From: Octopus vulgaris
Taxonomy: Eukaryota
Assembly: GCA_951406725.2 (NCBI GenBank)
Contig: OX597832.1
Coordinates: 8,866,001-8,930,000 of the forward strand
Length of the DNA stretch: 64,000 bases
Direction: 5' to 3'
The notes under the pieces were generated by a model. It worked only from the letters and a program-made list of their open reading frames with translations, was not told the DNA's origin and ran no database searches. This document shows, piece by piece, positions 27,601 to 41,849 of this stretch; position 1 is the first letter of the stretch; every line of letters starts with the position of its first letter. Position numbers and translations under genes: made by a program.

Positions 27601-29684
27601 CTATGACACGGTTGTAACAAAAACCAAACAAATGAATAAACCATGGACAGCATAGGCAAGTAAATGTGTAAAATAAAATAAAAAATAAAAAAAAACCCAG
27701 GTAAATAAGTAATTGCGATAAGTAAAATAATAGGACTAAGGGAAGGGGATCCTAAAGGACAGCATAAGAAAAATAAAATAGTTTAAACGTATAAAAATAT
27801 AAAACATAAAAACATATAGCTATATATCGTGGGAATCTATTGTAAATAGTTAAACGTAATATAGGAGCTGGACAGGGGATTTATTGTTGTCGGAAGGCAG
27901 AAGAAGGGGGATTATGTGAATAAGGACAAAAGTAAACGTAATGTGAACCTCTTTACATGAGAACCAGTTTCCCAAATTATTGTATGATTTCTTGTACAAA
28001 TTTACAAATTCAATTTTATCTTGCCTCAGTGGATTTATTTCGAGTTAAGGAAAAGCTATAGAAATCTGTCGGTCGGATTGTGCCTCTTATTCACAAAGTA
28101 CCATATTTTCACACATATATCACGCTGCTTTTACCTAAGAATTAAGTTCAACGTTTCCGTGTTTTGTAATTCTCAGGTACCTGTACATCAAATCCGGAAT
28201 AAATTGATGTGCACTTGTGACTGTACATATAATCTGTTCGTATATGCCTATATGTGTAATTGTATTGGGTTCTTTTCTACCGTTGAAATGTCACTAAGTT
28301 TCATTCATTCTTCACTAATATTCCGTAAAATAAATACCACGCACAATTATATAGCGGGCTCTATATAAGAGTGGATGAATTTAAAATCGATGCCCCAGTA
28401 TGGGCATCACCTAACGATTGAGATAAATGAGTGCATATATATTTATATTGCAATAGCCCATCTTTGCACTACTTCTATATTCCGCAACGACGATATTTGT
28501 ACACATATTCAATATTCCTTCATCTTCAGAGAAATCCATTTTAGTTAGAGGCGTATTTTTATGTGTTCTTACTACCTAGTGTCTTTCAAAGAATAGGTGT
28601 GGCACATAATTAAATTAGATATGTGATGAAATTTATGAAGCTGGAAATATTCAATTTAATTCTATATTATAGAATAAGAAATCGATAAATTTGGTGTGCA
28701 TTGAATGAAAAGTTCTTACCGTGTCAATATAAGACATTTTTGTTACGTGATACATACATACATAGGTGTATATATGTATGATTGCATATATGTATGTACT
28801 TATGCATGCGTGAGTATGTATGTGTGAGTATGCATGTATGCATATATGTAATATGTATGTATATGTACGTACGTATATTACTAGCAGCTTCAGTTACTAA
28901 AAGTGCAACGAAAAGGAGAAGAGACTCGATCTGTGAGACAAAATAAGTACAACTTCCAACACAACGTACAATTCCATCTTTCACAAAAAGAAAATCAGAC
29001 ATTAGGAAATGGTGCTTTGTCGAAACTGAAGTGCCCCTGTAGTCATATTTGCTTCATCATACAACTAAACACAATCTAATGAAGAAATAAACGAAAGCAT
29101 TGAAAGTAATGGTTTATAGTAGCGGTTATTGGAGAGAAAGTTGATTACTACTTCACACAAGTCAAGTGATATTTTGAGGCTAATTGTAGAATGAAAATAG
29201 AAATTGTAAAATTTTAACAGTGTCAGGTGACTTTCCTATGAGGTACGTTGACGGAAACAAGACGACAAATTAGCGTCTCACATATCGACTTTGAAGGGGG
29301 CATTTCGAAAAGTTATCTGACTTTGGTAAAATGTGTACAGGTCTTCCTGTTAGGTTTTTGTTGACATTATCAGAGAGAAATACATGTTCGCTCTGCATGC
29401 GAGAAATTACACGCTGAACTTTCAAAACTTACATACTGGATAATGGAGATCTTTGTTTTACCACACATTACGAAATGTAACGGATATGGATGGAATAACA
29501 ACGAATGAACGTTCGTTCACAGCTGATATTGTGAAAAACGTAAACAAAAACAACACTTTTTCAATATTTCACGCAGTTCAATATAATTCTAACCCAATAT
29601 GTTACATTCTGTTTTACTTGTCCAACATGAATGGTTGTCGCCATATTTGATATTGGTGATGGCTCTACATTATTCATGATGGAG

Positions 29685-29775
29685 TCGATCTCGGGGGAAT
29701 TTGAACGTAGAACGTAAAGATGGAAGAAATGCCGCTAAGTCTTTTACCCGGTGTGCTAACGTTTCTGCCAGATGG
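29685..29775 (-). mobile_element. SINE family 2 head fragment
   Basis: GAATTTGAAC..AACGTAAAG..GAAATGCCGCTAAG..CCGGTGTGCTAACGTTTCTGCCAG. Confidence 0.75.
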
Positions 29776-30342
29776 TCGTCTCATGATTGGATAATAATAC
29801 AAAGTTAACTAAAGCAGCAAAGCTTAAATGAGAAAATGCTGTGAATAATAGTACGCAGAGTCAATGTATATAGCAAATTTTACATAAATAAATGAAATTA
29901 CTGACTAATATAAATGATATAAAAAGCCCCGTGAAACACAAAACACATATAAAGACACATGGGAGATTGACTGAGTTGATCATGAAAACGTATGAGTTGG
30001 AAAGGTTGATCCAGTGCCAAATGAGTCAACTGGAAAGCGTGTTGCAAACTAGATCTCTTTGTCGTCTTCTGTAATAGGTTAGCTATCTTATTCGAATGTC
30101 GATTATTGGCTCCCAAATATGGTCGTCTTCACTGAGATCAACATTGGACGCAGGCCTTATTGACGTCCAAAACTTGGTTTTCCTCATCATTTCATGGTGT
30201 CTCATGATGAACACATTCATTGAATAGGTACATATATTTATACATATTTAAAATTTGTTTCTGGGAAACGTTTTGAATACGTGAATAAAGCTCCTATCCA
30301 TTCTGCTGGCCACAGTTTGTTGGTGCTGGTTGGTGAATCTAT

Positions 30343-30680
30343 TTCTTCTTGTTCTTGCTCTTCCTCTTCTTCTACTTCTTCTTCTTCTTCTTCTTCTTGT
30401 TGTTCTTCTTCTTGTTCTTCTTCTTCTTGTTGTTCTTCTTCTTGTTGTTCTTCTTCTTCTTGTTCTTCTTCTCGTCTTCTTCTTCTTGTTCTTCTTCTTC
30501 TTGTCTTCTTCTTCTTCTTCTTCTTCTTCTACTTCTTCTTCTTTTTCTTCTTCTTCTTCTTCTTCCTACTTCTTCTTCTCCTTCTTCTTCTTCTTCTTCT
30601 TCTTTTTCTTCTTCTTCTTCGAATTCTCTCTTCTTCTCTCTTCTTCTTCTTCTACTCCTCCGCCTCCTCCTCTTTCTTCA
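30343..30680. repeat. (TTC)n/(TTG)n microsatellite
   Basis: Direct reading. Confidence 0.97.
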
Positions 30681-31407
30681 ATAACGAACTATGCCTTGAA
30701 ATCTTATTTCCATATTCACTCACGTAACGATTGACACTATTGAAGCACTTCCATATTAAACATTTGAATTGTTCTTCGCACAATATATCTGAGACCTCCA
30801 TCTACTACTTCATCATAACTTACCAAATATACTTTGTTTTCTTTCATCATTTGAATATTATATGCCAGTATTAACAGATTTTCACAATATTTTCATTAAG
30901 TTTCTGTTTGCGAAGTGTCAGTTATTATATAAATAGATTGTCACTCGTTTTCAAAATGAATTTATACATAAATCGTGTAATCCGCCTTGAAATAGAAGTT
31001 TATTGCCACGCGTCATACTTACAGTTAATTTTATGGGTTCCGTTGTTGTTAATTGTCCTCGTGAATACGTTTTGTTGAGCAATGAAGAATAATATCGATC
31101 AACGCTGTTAATTATGTAATATTTAGTAGAAAAGTTTCTTGCCTTCTGTCATAAAGTACACTTGCAAGTGTGATAGATGTTTTACTGAAAAGAGAATTGC
31201 GGATAATTATGTCTATTGCTCATTTGTATGTGACTGAGCGACTAGCAGAATATTTCGCGAACCATTTGTTGAAATAATGTGTTAAAAGGTGACGGGAGTT
31301 ACTATATGTTTTTTTCTTTTTTGGGGGGGCAGTAAACTATATGGCAAAGTTTCGATACTTTATCTCACATTTTAAAAAAGTCTTTGTTAGGCTAACCATA
31401 TTTACCT

Positions 31408-31564
31408 ACTCTTTTACTCTTTTACTCTTTTACTTGTTTCAGTCATTTGACTGCGGCCATGCTGGAGCACCGCCTTTTTTAGTCGAGCAAATCGACCCCG
31501 GGACTTACTCTTTGTAAGCCCAGTACTTATTCTATCGGTCTCTTTTGCCGACCCGCTAAGTGAC
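31408..31564 (-). mobile_element. SINE family 1, 3' fragment with (TAAAAGAG)n tail
   Basis: TTTCAGTCATTTGACTGCGGCCATGCTGGAGCACCGCC. Confidence 0.9.
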
Positions 31565-31624
31565 ATAAACCTGTGCAGGTTTATGACAAAAATATAGTTT
31601 AACCATGATCATTCATCACTTTTT

Positions 31625-31820
31625 GTATGTATGTGTGTATATATGTATGTATAGATGTATGTATGTATCTATGTATGTATGTATGTATGTATGTATGTAT
31701 GTATGTATGTATGTATGTATGTATGTATATATGTATGTATGTATGTATGCATGCATGTATGTATGTACGTATGTATGTATGTATGTATCTGTCTATCTAT
31801 CTATCTATGTATCTATCCAT
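31625..31820. repeat. (TATG)n/(TATC)n microsatellite
   Basis: Direct reading. Confidence 0.96.
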
Positions 31821-32539
31821 CTAAGTTGTATTTCAGATACATGTAGATGTAATGCATTTATTCATATGATGCAGCCTGTTCTTTTTTTTATAACAGACCG
31901 TAGGTCGCTGTAATTATCCGCTGCACGCTGTAACATTCAGAGAAACTTTCTGAAAGCGTTCTTTCACAGATAAACAGTGTGGTTTCATCACATTCATGTA
32001 ACAAATGAGATCGTTCATTTTTGCTCACGAAATTGCTCTCGGTATAAGCATAGTTAGGGCGAAAAAATGCTGATCTTTTCTTCTTTTCTACAGAAAGGTA
32101 TTTAATTTCTTTCTGAAAAAATTACCAAGCAAGTTTTGGCAGACATCAGCTGTTGGCTGTTCAATAGCTTACTTCCGTTTTCTTGTTATTGACGTCATGG
32201 ATAAGCCAGTTAATTTCCATGCTATTTTCTGTAAGAGATCAAGAGGTGGATGACTTAATGGCTATGTGATTCTGTGTGAATTATCACCCGAAGTTACATG
32301 TGCGCTACCGTAGATTGTCAGTTTTATGGTAGCCAGAATATCATTCGTTCTGAAACAGTAAGTATCCGATGCCTGCGTTTCTTTCTCATTTAACCGGTTT
32401 ATCGATGAGGACATAAACCGGTTTGTCTGATGAACTCTAATGATCACGGTTTAACATTAAATTTTAGATTAGTAACCAGGCTTCCACAGACAATGATTTG
32501 TAATATTATACTGATATTACCAATTAAACGATAGCATTC

Positions 32540-32730
32540 CGGGTAATATGCTTGGTGGTATTTCATCCGTCTTCAAGATCACAGGTAAAATTCCGCTGAT
32601 GTCGACTTTGCCTTTCATCTTTTGAGGCGTCGATCAAATAAGTACCAGTTTGACACTGCGCTTCATGTAATTGACTGACTCCCTCAACGACATTTGGCGG
32701 CCTTGTTCCAAAATCTGAAAACGATATTAT
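32540..32730 (+). mobile_element. SINE family 2, diverged copy; an older opposite-strand copy lies at about 32930-33095
   Basis: AAATTCCGCTGATGTCGACTTTGCCTTTCATCTTTTGAGGCGTCGATCAAATAAGTACCAG. Confidence 0.72.
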
Positions 32731-33698
32731 GTTGGTATTAAGATGTATTTTCACATTCTATTCGTCACTTTTTTATGTTAATTTTACCCTTTTCGTAAAT
32801 ATGACGTGTATGTACTTACAGAGAAAACATAGTATATCTAGGGTTATATATTCAGCGAGGGATAAAATATATTTTGAGAAAGATTTTCTCAGCAATTTTA
32901 CCTTCATAATGGGTTCAAATTCTGGTACAAGTCCAGCAATATTCGAGAGAGAGAGTGGAAGTCTATTACATCAAATCCACTCATCAACCGGTCCTGATTT
33001 TATTGACTCTGAGAGTATGAAAAGTAAAGACACTGTTAGTATTTGAAATCTGAACGTAAAGTTGGATGAAATGCGGCTAAGTATTTTGTCAGTACGCCGC
33101 CTCCAACACTGTATTAAGGTGGGCGTTCTTGTGCCTTTGCTGGAACGTGAGAATTAGATTCAATAAGTTAATGAAGTATTTTGACCCAAGTTTCATTAGT
33201 TTAAGTACAATGGTACTTTCGAAAGGAGCACGTTTTATCGCGTATATAAACGACATGTTATGAGATGCACTAAAATAATAGATTTTAACATACATATATT
33301 TAAGAACAACATTCTCAACAACCAAGATAAAAAAATATTGAATTATATCTGGTGATAATAACAGTCTGCGTAGATTTAGTGTTCCACTGATAATTTATTA
33401 ACAAAAGTGAAGCTTTTATTAAATAACACAGAACACCAGGAGATTCGTTCAAGATAATTAATACTAATGTCTAACAAACCTTGTTACCTTTGTGTGTGCT
33501 CAGATGTTCCTGTTTTCTCATATGTTATTATAGACGTATTATTGGCTTCTTACTACAATGGTTACCGGCATTCTGAATACGTTCCTTGGTAATTTACATC
33601 AAACGAATCAAGAAAACAACAGGGAATATACATTTACTGATGTGGTATGATAGAGAATACCAACCTCATTGTAGAGATGTGAAACAAAATCTATAATA

Positions 33699-33999
33699 TT
33701 CGAAGAAAAGCAAACTTTATATGCATATAATGAATTGGAGACTTATATAAGCATGATTAGGGATGAAGGGATATAATAAATATCCTGGAAACAGCTGTAA
33801 GACCTTTTTATATATGTTCTAAAAATCTTCACAGCCTTGGTTTTTATCTTATTCTGAAAATATGTTCAGATTTTTATTATACGACATCACATCCTAATAG
33901 CTATAAGTATATCAGCTCGAAGTAGAAATACACATTATGCTGTATAATTAGACAATGCATATACGCTTAAATAGATACGTATAGTGATATCTATCTATA

Positions 34000-34098
<99 letters not shown>

Positions 34099-34310
34099 GC
34101 TTATAGCTATTAGGATGTGATGTCGTATAATAAAAATCTGCACATATTTTCAGAATGAGATAAAAACCAAGGCTGTGAAGATTTTAGAACATTTATATAT
34201 AGAAGGTCTTACACCTGTTTGCAGGATATTTATTATATCCCTTCATCCCTAATCATGTCTATATAAGTCTCCAATTCATCATATGCATATAAAGTTTGCT
34301 TTTCTTCGAA
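33699..34310. repeat. Inverted repeat (33699-33910 and 34097-34310) around and within (CTAT)n; each arm carries a decayed HHR
   Basis: The arms are reverse complements. The left arm has GGGATGA-AGGGATAT-AATAA-ATATCCTG-GAAAC-AGCT-GTA at about 33760-33800. Confidence 0.85.
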
Positions 34311-34311
34311 C

Positions 34312-34413
<102 letters not shown>

Positions 34414-34545
34414 TAATAAAAAGAATTCCAACCTTGTCTGATTTTCACGTTTTATTTACAATCTTATAATGATATATTATAAGATAATATATTATAATTG
34501 AGTAAAATAAAATGAAATAGTAGAATGTTAAATATTCATTCTGAT

Positions 34546-34590
34546 TGAACTAGTACTTTCATGCATTGAATTCTGCAATCTTCGGGTTCA
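34546..34590 (-). ncRNA. Minimal type I hammerhead (U4C core variant)
   Basis: Minus strand: TGAAC-CCGAAGA-TTGCA..TGCAT-GAAA-GTAC-TA-GTTCA; 5-bp stem I and palindromic stem III. Confidence 0.72.
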
Positions 34591-34776
34591 TGTAGTAGTG
34601 TTGACAGTCATGCTTCACAATTTTTGACTGTAGCAAGATGAGTGATTCTGTGCTATAAATACAGCTGGGTAGGCTCCAGAGTGCTAGGTTTTGCAAACTG
34701 TATTCTGACCAATCAGTGTGTAGTATCACTCAATTACTTAAGCTGATTGGTTGGTTGAGCTGATTGGTTATATCTG

Positions 34777-34840
<64 letters not shown>

Positions 34841-35364
34841 TATATATATATGTGCGCGCGTTTGCGTGTGTGTTTAGTGTGTGCGAGTCTGTGTGAATTT
34901 GCCTGTAGAAGCTGAAACATGTAGAAAGCATGTTTAAACTAACCCACGGTTTGCTGATTCCTAAACATTGCTTGGCGCTGATACTGCTGAATTTCTTCTG
35001 ACCTGGCGGTCAAAGGCCACAGGTTCGAGGTTGTTGTTGGGTGTTCTTTTTTTTTTCTGTAATGAAGTCTGTCCAGACTTGCCTATTTTGGGTAGTTGCC
35101 ATTGATGACAACGAAAGCTAGAAGCTAGACTGGAAATTGGACAGGAGGTATCACTAGACAGATATGGTGCTTTTTCTCGCCTTTCCCATGAGTGAAAATT
35201 TTTGCTCTACGGTAACAGCTGTCAATTTACCATTACAAATTGAAATATATCACACAACCATAATTTAACTAACCTACAGTCCGCCTAAGCCAAAACACTG
35301 TTTGGTAGTTATACTGCTGAACAGACATACACACTTATATATGTAGTGATGTACCCATCCATAC

Positions 35365-35408
<44 letters not shown>

Positions 35409-36005
35409 TGATTGAACGACACGCATCCATTCCAACTGAGTTTATCTCTATCTTTTTGATGCGACTCTACTCTATACTGTTTTCTATCTGTCTGTCTCTC
35501 TCTCTCCCCTTCTCTCCATTTCTCTCTCTCATTGGTCACAAATGACCATCGTTTGTCTTTCTCTTCCTCGCATGATTATCTTTCTTTTCTTTCGGAACTG
35601 TCCTAAGGACAGCCCGTATCCTATCTCTCTCTTCTATCTTTTCTCTTGTCAAAGCAAATATTTCTCCAACGTTCAATATTTTAACTTTGTTCTGGTCTCA
35701 AGACCACCCAAATTTCTTTTATTTCGGTTCCCTTGTATGGCTCCACTGTCCTGTTTTTGTTCACAACTTTGACCCTCCATAAATCCTAAATTTTATTTTG
35801 GTACTTATGGGAGCAACTGTCTTCGAAAACAAATATTGTCATTGAATGCTCGAAACGTGGAGTAGATAGACAGCCGACAACTGATGAGGGGTCGTTCTTT
35901 ATGTTACTTGTCCTGCTTTCCACTTATTTCTCTCGTTGTTTGCGTATTGAACTCATTTGCTTTCGTATTTCATGTTGGTGACGTACTGTACCCATATATG
36001 CATGC

Positions 36006-36062
<57 letters not shown>

Positions 36063-36502
36063 ATCTTATCCATGCTAACATCCTTCTCTCAGCTCTAAAG
36101 TATTTTATCTCTTTATCTCGTATTCTACTTCATGTTTTTATTTCTTTTGTTACTTTATTCCAAGTTTGCTAAATCTTATTTATATGTGTATCTAACTTTA
36201 TTAGCCTTATTTTTTATTTTATTATCCTTATTTTTACTTTTATTACTCTTGTTTTTACTTATATTACCTTTATTTTTTATTTTTTATCTTATGCACGCTA
36301 ATTAAATATAAACTCAATCCAATCTATTTACCTTTCACTCTATTCTGAATAGTGCTGCAGAATGAGCAGATTTTTAAAATCCAACGAACATTTATACAAA
36401 TATACGTTTCCAAATGAATATGATAAACCTATTATAATGGGTAATACTACATGTATTTTTTAAAATTTTGTGATGTAATCTTTGGAATAGCAACCTTTGG
36501 GG

Positions 36503-36596
36503 CTGAAGAGAGCTTTAAACTATCTTTTATATAAAAAATATACCTATGCTGATGTAATAACAAATTGTTTATAAAGCTTGAAACATGTGTACGGAG
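36503..36596 (+). ncRNA. Type I hammerhead ribozyme with long stem II
   Basis: CTGAAGA-GAGCTTTAAAC...GTTTATAAAGCTT-GAAAC-ATGT-GTA; stem I imperfect. It lies in an AT-rich element between a (TA)n tract ending near 36060 and (CTAT)n at about 36708. Confidence 0.7.
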
Positions 36597-36705
36597 ATAT
36601 CCTTTGTGTTCTGTTTTTAATTTATGTTTGGTATATTATCTAACCTATGCCACTATCTGGCATATACAGGTACATACACTTATCAAGTATTCCCTCTAAA
36701 CTTAC

Positions 36706-36950
<245 letters not shown>

Positions 36951-37187
36951 ACAGGTATACATATACATTTAGCAAAAATTCTAACCTGCGGCAAAGGAAG
37001 AGAAGCCAAACTTCATATCCTACTGTATTGGAATTATTTTGAATCTTCTTCAAACACTAACATTTTGTTTGGGATTCACCAGGCATATTTTAAAATACAG
37101 TTGCATCTGCGAATAACATTTATGTATACTCAGTGTGAAAAAATGTCCTTTATTCTGTGTTTTCCTTCTAAAGCCATGGAGCATATA

Positions 37188-38445
37188 TATCGGCTCATCC
37201 CATATATACTATGCAGTATTTTCAATTACTTGAACTAAAAGTCGCAGAGAGATGGGATAAACTATCTGCATCAACTTGCTCTAAAAACAGGTTGTAATTT
37301 TTCCTTGTACTTATTCATAGTGCAAGCTTTGAAGAGTGTAGTTCGATTTTATCGGTTATTTTCAAAGCTATAGTGCAAGGAAGAAAGGAACATATTCGGT
37401 ATATTTTGCTTTATCGGTTCAATCAAAGCAACAACGCAACGGAAAGTGCGGTGGAAAGTGATGCTGTATACGTGGATCGGACAATAAGCGTAGTCAGTGT
37501 CAACGGTGGTTCCAGAAATTTCGGGCCGAAAACTATAGTCTAGTTGACAAGCCTCGTCCTAGAAGATCGGTAAGGCGGGACGAGGACGCCCTGCAAAACC
37601 TGGTGAAACAAAATCGTATCGTAACTGTTTAGGAACTAGCAGAGAAGCTTGGATTTGTTCACATTCGTGACATGGGAAAACTCAGCAATTTGGGTCAATG
37701 TGTCACTGGGCTCCGCACAAACAAATTGAGTCTAATCGCGAGCGGAAAGTGAAAGTGTGATGTACTTTGCTGTCACGTCTCACGAATATACTGTTTTTGG
37801 CCTGAATAGTGACTGGTGACTGGTTCTCTATAAAAATGTCAAGCGCCGAAGAGATTGGGTAGGGAATGGATTAACACCGGTGCCTTAAGCTAATAAAGGT
37901 CTTCGCCCACGTAGGTGTTGTTATCTGTTTGGTGGGATATGAAAGGTTTAAACCCAAACGAAACGATAACGAAGGAGATCTACGGCGTGCAGCTTGAGTG
38001 GCTTAAGTCAGCTCTCGAAGAAAAACGGCAGTCTTTCGTTTCAAGACAAAGGTGTTCTTTCATCAGGATAATGCTCGGCCACATACATAAATTATTATAT
38101 TCCAAAAGCCGGAGCAGTTTGAATGGGAAACGATGCCCCACCTACTATATTCGCTTCACATTGCCCCATCTGATTATCATTTATTAAGTATTCTTCAAAA
38201 TCATTTGGACGGAAAAAGTATGAATTCTCTAGACGAGGTCAGAAGAGCACTGGAAGAGTAGTTTTCGTCACCAACAAGTGGATTTTGGAAGAAGGGCCTT
38301 GAAAGCCAACCAGATAGAAGGAAGAACATTGTTGAAAATAAAGGAGAGTATATTTTTTTTCATTAAAGAATAAACCTTTTTATCTTACTTTTGTAAAATA
38401 AAAGCAGTATAAAAAACCGCATTATTTTACGAGATGACACATTAT
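37188..38445 (+). mobile_element. Near full-length decayed mariner transposon (DD34D-type) with transposase pseudogene
   Basis: KEHIRYILLY..CQRWFQKFR, WAPH, IVTGD, VLLSVWWDMKG, FHQDNARPH, YSLHIAPSDYHL and IVENKGEY; imperfect TIRs TATCGGCTCATCCCATA and TACGAGATGACACATTA; about 1.26 kb. Confidence 0.9.
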
Positions 38446-39303
38446 ATATGGATGTAGAAAAACACGTGTTTTCACGTAGAAAAGAATTAAAGAGAGTTTA
38501 CTTTCGTGAATAAATTTTGTGTTCACGATCTCCTTGAAAAAGATTAAAAAAACAATAAATGACGCGTACAGAACATCAAACAACCAGAGCACTAGATTTC
38601 TACTCTTAAAAAATAATTGGCTAAGACGGTCGAAAAAAATGTTGTTACCAGACAATCAACCAGCTTGGACGCTGGCCTTCTGCCAAATCACAATTTATGA
38701 CTAGAACATCCGAAAATCATGTGGCATATGCACTAGCCAATGTAGTTCATCCCAGGCGAACAAAAACAAGTGTCGTCATTAAATTTACAGCCAATCAGAT
38801 CTTCAACTTCTAGATTAAGATCCTATATATATAAGGTAATCTGAGCTTAAAAGAGTTAACGCTTTCTCCAGCAAAACCATTAACGTAGAATCCTCCTTCA
38901 TGCAATACGAGAGACATTAAAGAATGACCTCTTTTCTTTTTATTTTACTCTCTTAAAACTTTCATCGCAATCTAATTGTTAATAAACTCAATCTTACATA
39001 ACTTTCAATCATGTATGACTGTTATGAAATTTATCGATCATTTGAACTTGTAGTAATGTCAATCTTTGTGAGACTTATTGAATATTGGAATTTGTACGAA
39101 CATTTGATCTTTTAAGCAAGATTATCTTACAAGAGTGTTTCCATGTACCTTGAATTTCTTCTAATTTTTTTTATTTATTTACCATTGAAAAGGACAGAAA
39201 AAAAAGGTCGGAACTGGATTGGTATTTTATTCAATGTGTTACAAAATTTAAATAGTATCACACGTTTAAGACTCACATGCTTTAAATTCCCAAACTAACT
39301 CTG

Positions 39304-39378
<75 letters not shown>

Positions 39379-39887
39379 CGTGTGTGTGTGTGTGTGTATG
39401 TATATATACCCACCACTAATAATATGCTTCTGATTTGTAACTGTACCACTGCTCATGTTGCTCGTTTATTGTAATGGACTTGACTTGTCAATAGCACAGT
39501 AAGCTAATGTAGTTAAGCTCAATATCTAATATCTACAATTCTACATATCTATAAGTGTACTCGTTGAAATATCCTAGAGTCATGCAGTATAATTCATTTA
39601 TTGGCACGCATAGGTGACACCAACTATTTAAACAATGAGTAGTTCTTGCATGGTGCATTCTAAAACTCTACACATAAATGGATGCAAACCTACGTTGCTG
39701 CAAGTTGGCAATAGAAATAGTATTCTCGAATTCATTGCTTCACTACAAAATTAACGAATAAATAATAGAAACCATACAAATTATTGTATTCTTGGCTTCT
39801 TAGGAAATTACTGATGCTAAAATTTCTGATGTGACTGTTTATTTCTTCTATTTTATAATTTAATATTTTTCTCTGTTGCTTAAATAT

Positions 39888-40469
39888 TCTTTTCTACTTT
39901 AAGCACAAGGCTGAAAAATTTGGGTGAGAGACTAGTCGATTAGATCGAGTCCAATACGCAACAGATACTGGATTTATCGATCCCCAAAGGATGAAAGGCA
40001 AAGTCGATCTCGAGCGGGATTTGAACTCAGAATGTAAAAACAAACGAAATACCTATTTCTCTACTACCCACAAGGGGTAAACAAAGAGAGGCCAGACAAG
40101 GACAGACAAACGGATTAAGTCGATTATATCGACCCCTGTGCGTAACTGGTACACAATTTATCGACCCCAAAAGGTTGAAAGGCAAAGTCGACCTCGTGGG
40201 GAATTTGAACTCATAACGTAACGGCAGGCGAAATACCTATTTCTTTACTACCCACAAGGGGCTAAACAATAGGAGGACAAACAAGGAGAGACAAACGGAT
40301 TAAGTCGATTATATCGACCCCAGTGCCTAACTGGTACTTATTTAATCGACCCCGAAAGGATGAAAGGCAAAGTCGGTCTCGGCGGAATTTGAACTCAGAA
40401 CGTAACGGCAGACGAAATACGGCTACGCATTTCGCCCGGCGTGCTAACGTTTCTGCCAGCTCCTCGCCT
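39888..40469 (-). mobile_element. Tandem array of three SINE family 2 units, period about 184 bp
   Basis: GAAATAC recurs at about 40046, 40230 and 40414, and GAAAGGCAAAGTCG recurs three times. Only the rightmost unit has the full head. Confidence 0.9.
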
Positions 40470-41142
40470 TCTGTTGTTCAAATACTAAAATCATGTTTTT
40501 GTAATTACAACTATTCCTTAAGCATTTTGCTATCAATAAATGTATAAGGATGTATGAAGGTACATTTTAATTTGTAACTAAATATGTATTGACTATGTGT
40601 GCATGCGTGTGTGTGTGTGTATGTGTATACGTGGATGCGTGAGTATGCCTGTGTGTACAGAGGGAGAGAGAGAAAAAGTGATATATCTGTCTGTGAGTAT
40701 GTAAGTATACGTGAGAAGTGTACGTCCCTTTATATCTGCCTATACTGATATCAGTCTGTGAGTATCCTGAAGTTGGAAACAATGCGGACATTAAGTACGG
40801 TGTAACTAGTGAACCGCATATGATTTATGTATATATCTTTACATTTTTTTTATTTCTTAGAGGATAATACTGAATGAGGCAGCTGATTTGCTAATTAATC
40901 TAAGGTCGATGTGACTGATATTAGAAAGACAAGCCATAAATCTAGGAACACATACTTAAGTCTTTATTTGTTTGACCGTGTCAATTCAATTGTATACCGG
41001 CCTATGTGTGTTTATACATTTACACATATACACAAATATTGACATATATATATATATAACTATATATGTATGTGTATGTATCTTTGTGTATATGTATATA
41101 CGTATATATGTATATATATATATACGTATATATCTATATATG

Positions 41143-41188
<46 letters not shown>

Positions 41189-41229
41189 TATGTATATACA
41201 CGCACATAAATACATACATATATATATAT

Positions 41230-41810
41230 CAGGGTGCGGTGAATAAACTGTCGTCTAAATTACGCAAAGCTGAAAATAAAACAGACATCTCCTTTTAACA
41301 GATATATTCACTGAAATTACATAAAAATATCTTGAAATACCAAAGAGTAAAGCTATTCAACCAAGGCATCCAGACGACTTTGGAATCTCGTGTTGCTCTT
41401 CCGGATGTTCTCATTGTTTAAGTTGGTGAACGCTGCTATAATACTTGCCCTCAGTTCATCTTTGATGTTAAATGGAGTTTTGATGGCCTGTCAATCAAAT
41501 GCGCCCCACATATTATAATAAATGGGGTTGGAGTCCAGGGAGTTAACTGGCCAAATGTTAGTTGTGATGCAGTCGCAGAAATTACGTGACAGCCATGGCT
41601 GCGTTCCTCTGTTTGTGTGGTTTGGTGCAGCAGTCCTGTTTCTAGACATAGAGACTTTCAACAGCCAGCCTCTTACCGTAGCACTACCTCTTCCAGGCCT
41701 TCAAGTTAGGCCTCCATGTTCAGTCTGAAGCCATGTGAGAAGATGAATAGAGGCATAGTGGTCACTCCAAACACCATGATGTTGACTGGATATTTGATTT
41801 TTTTATCACT
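41230..41810 (-). mobile_element. Tc1/mariner superfamily (maT/DD37D-like) 3' fragment with terminal CAGGGTG next to TA
   Basis: Minus strand: KYPVNIMVFGV, PLFIFSHGFRLN, QD, TQPWLSRNF, IWPVNSLDSNP..MWG, KDELRASI and FQSRLDALVE. Confidence 0.8.
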
Positions 41811-41849
41811 GTCAGTATATGTCCTCAGATTGCACTGTCCTCAGATTGA

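Noticed and set aside
39888-40469. Regularly spaced repeats suggestive of CRISPR
   Set aside because: Whole 184-bp units are homologous SINE copies with no unique spacers, in a eukaryotic context.
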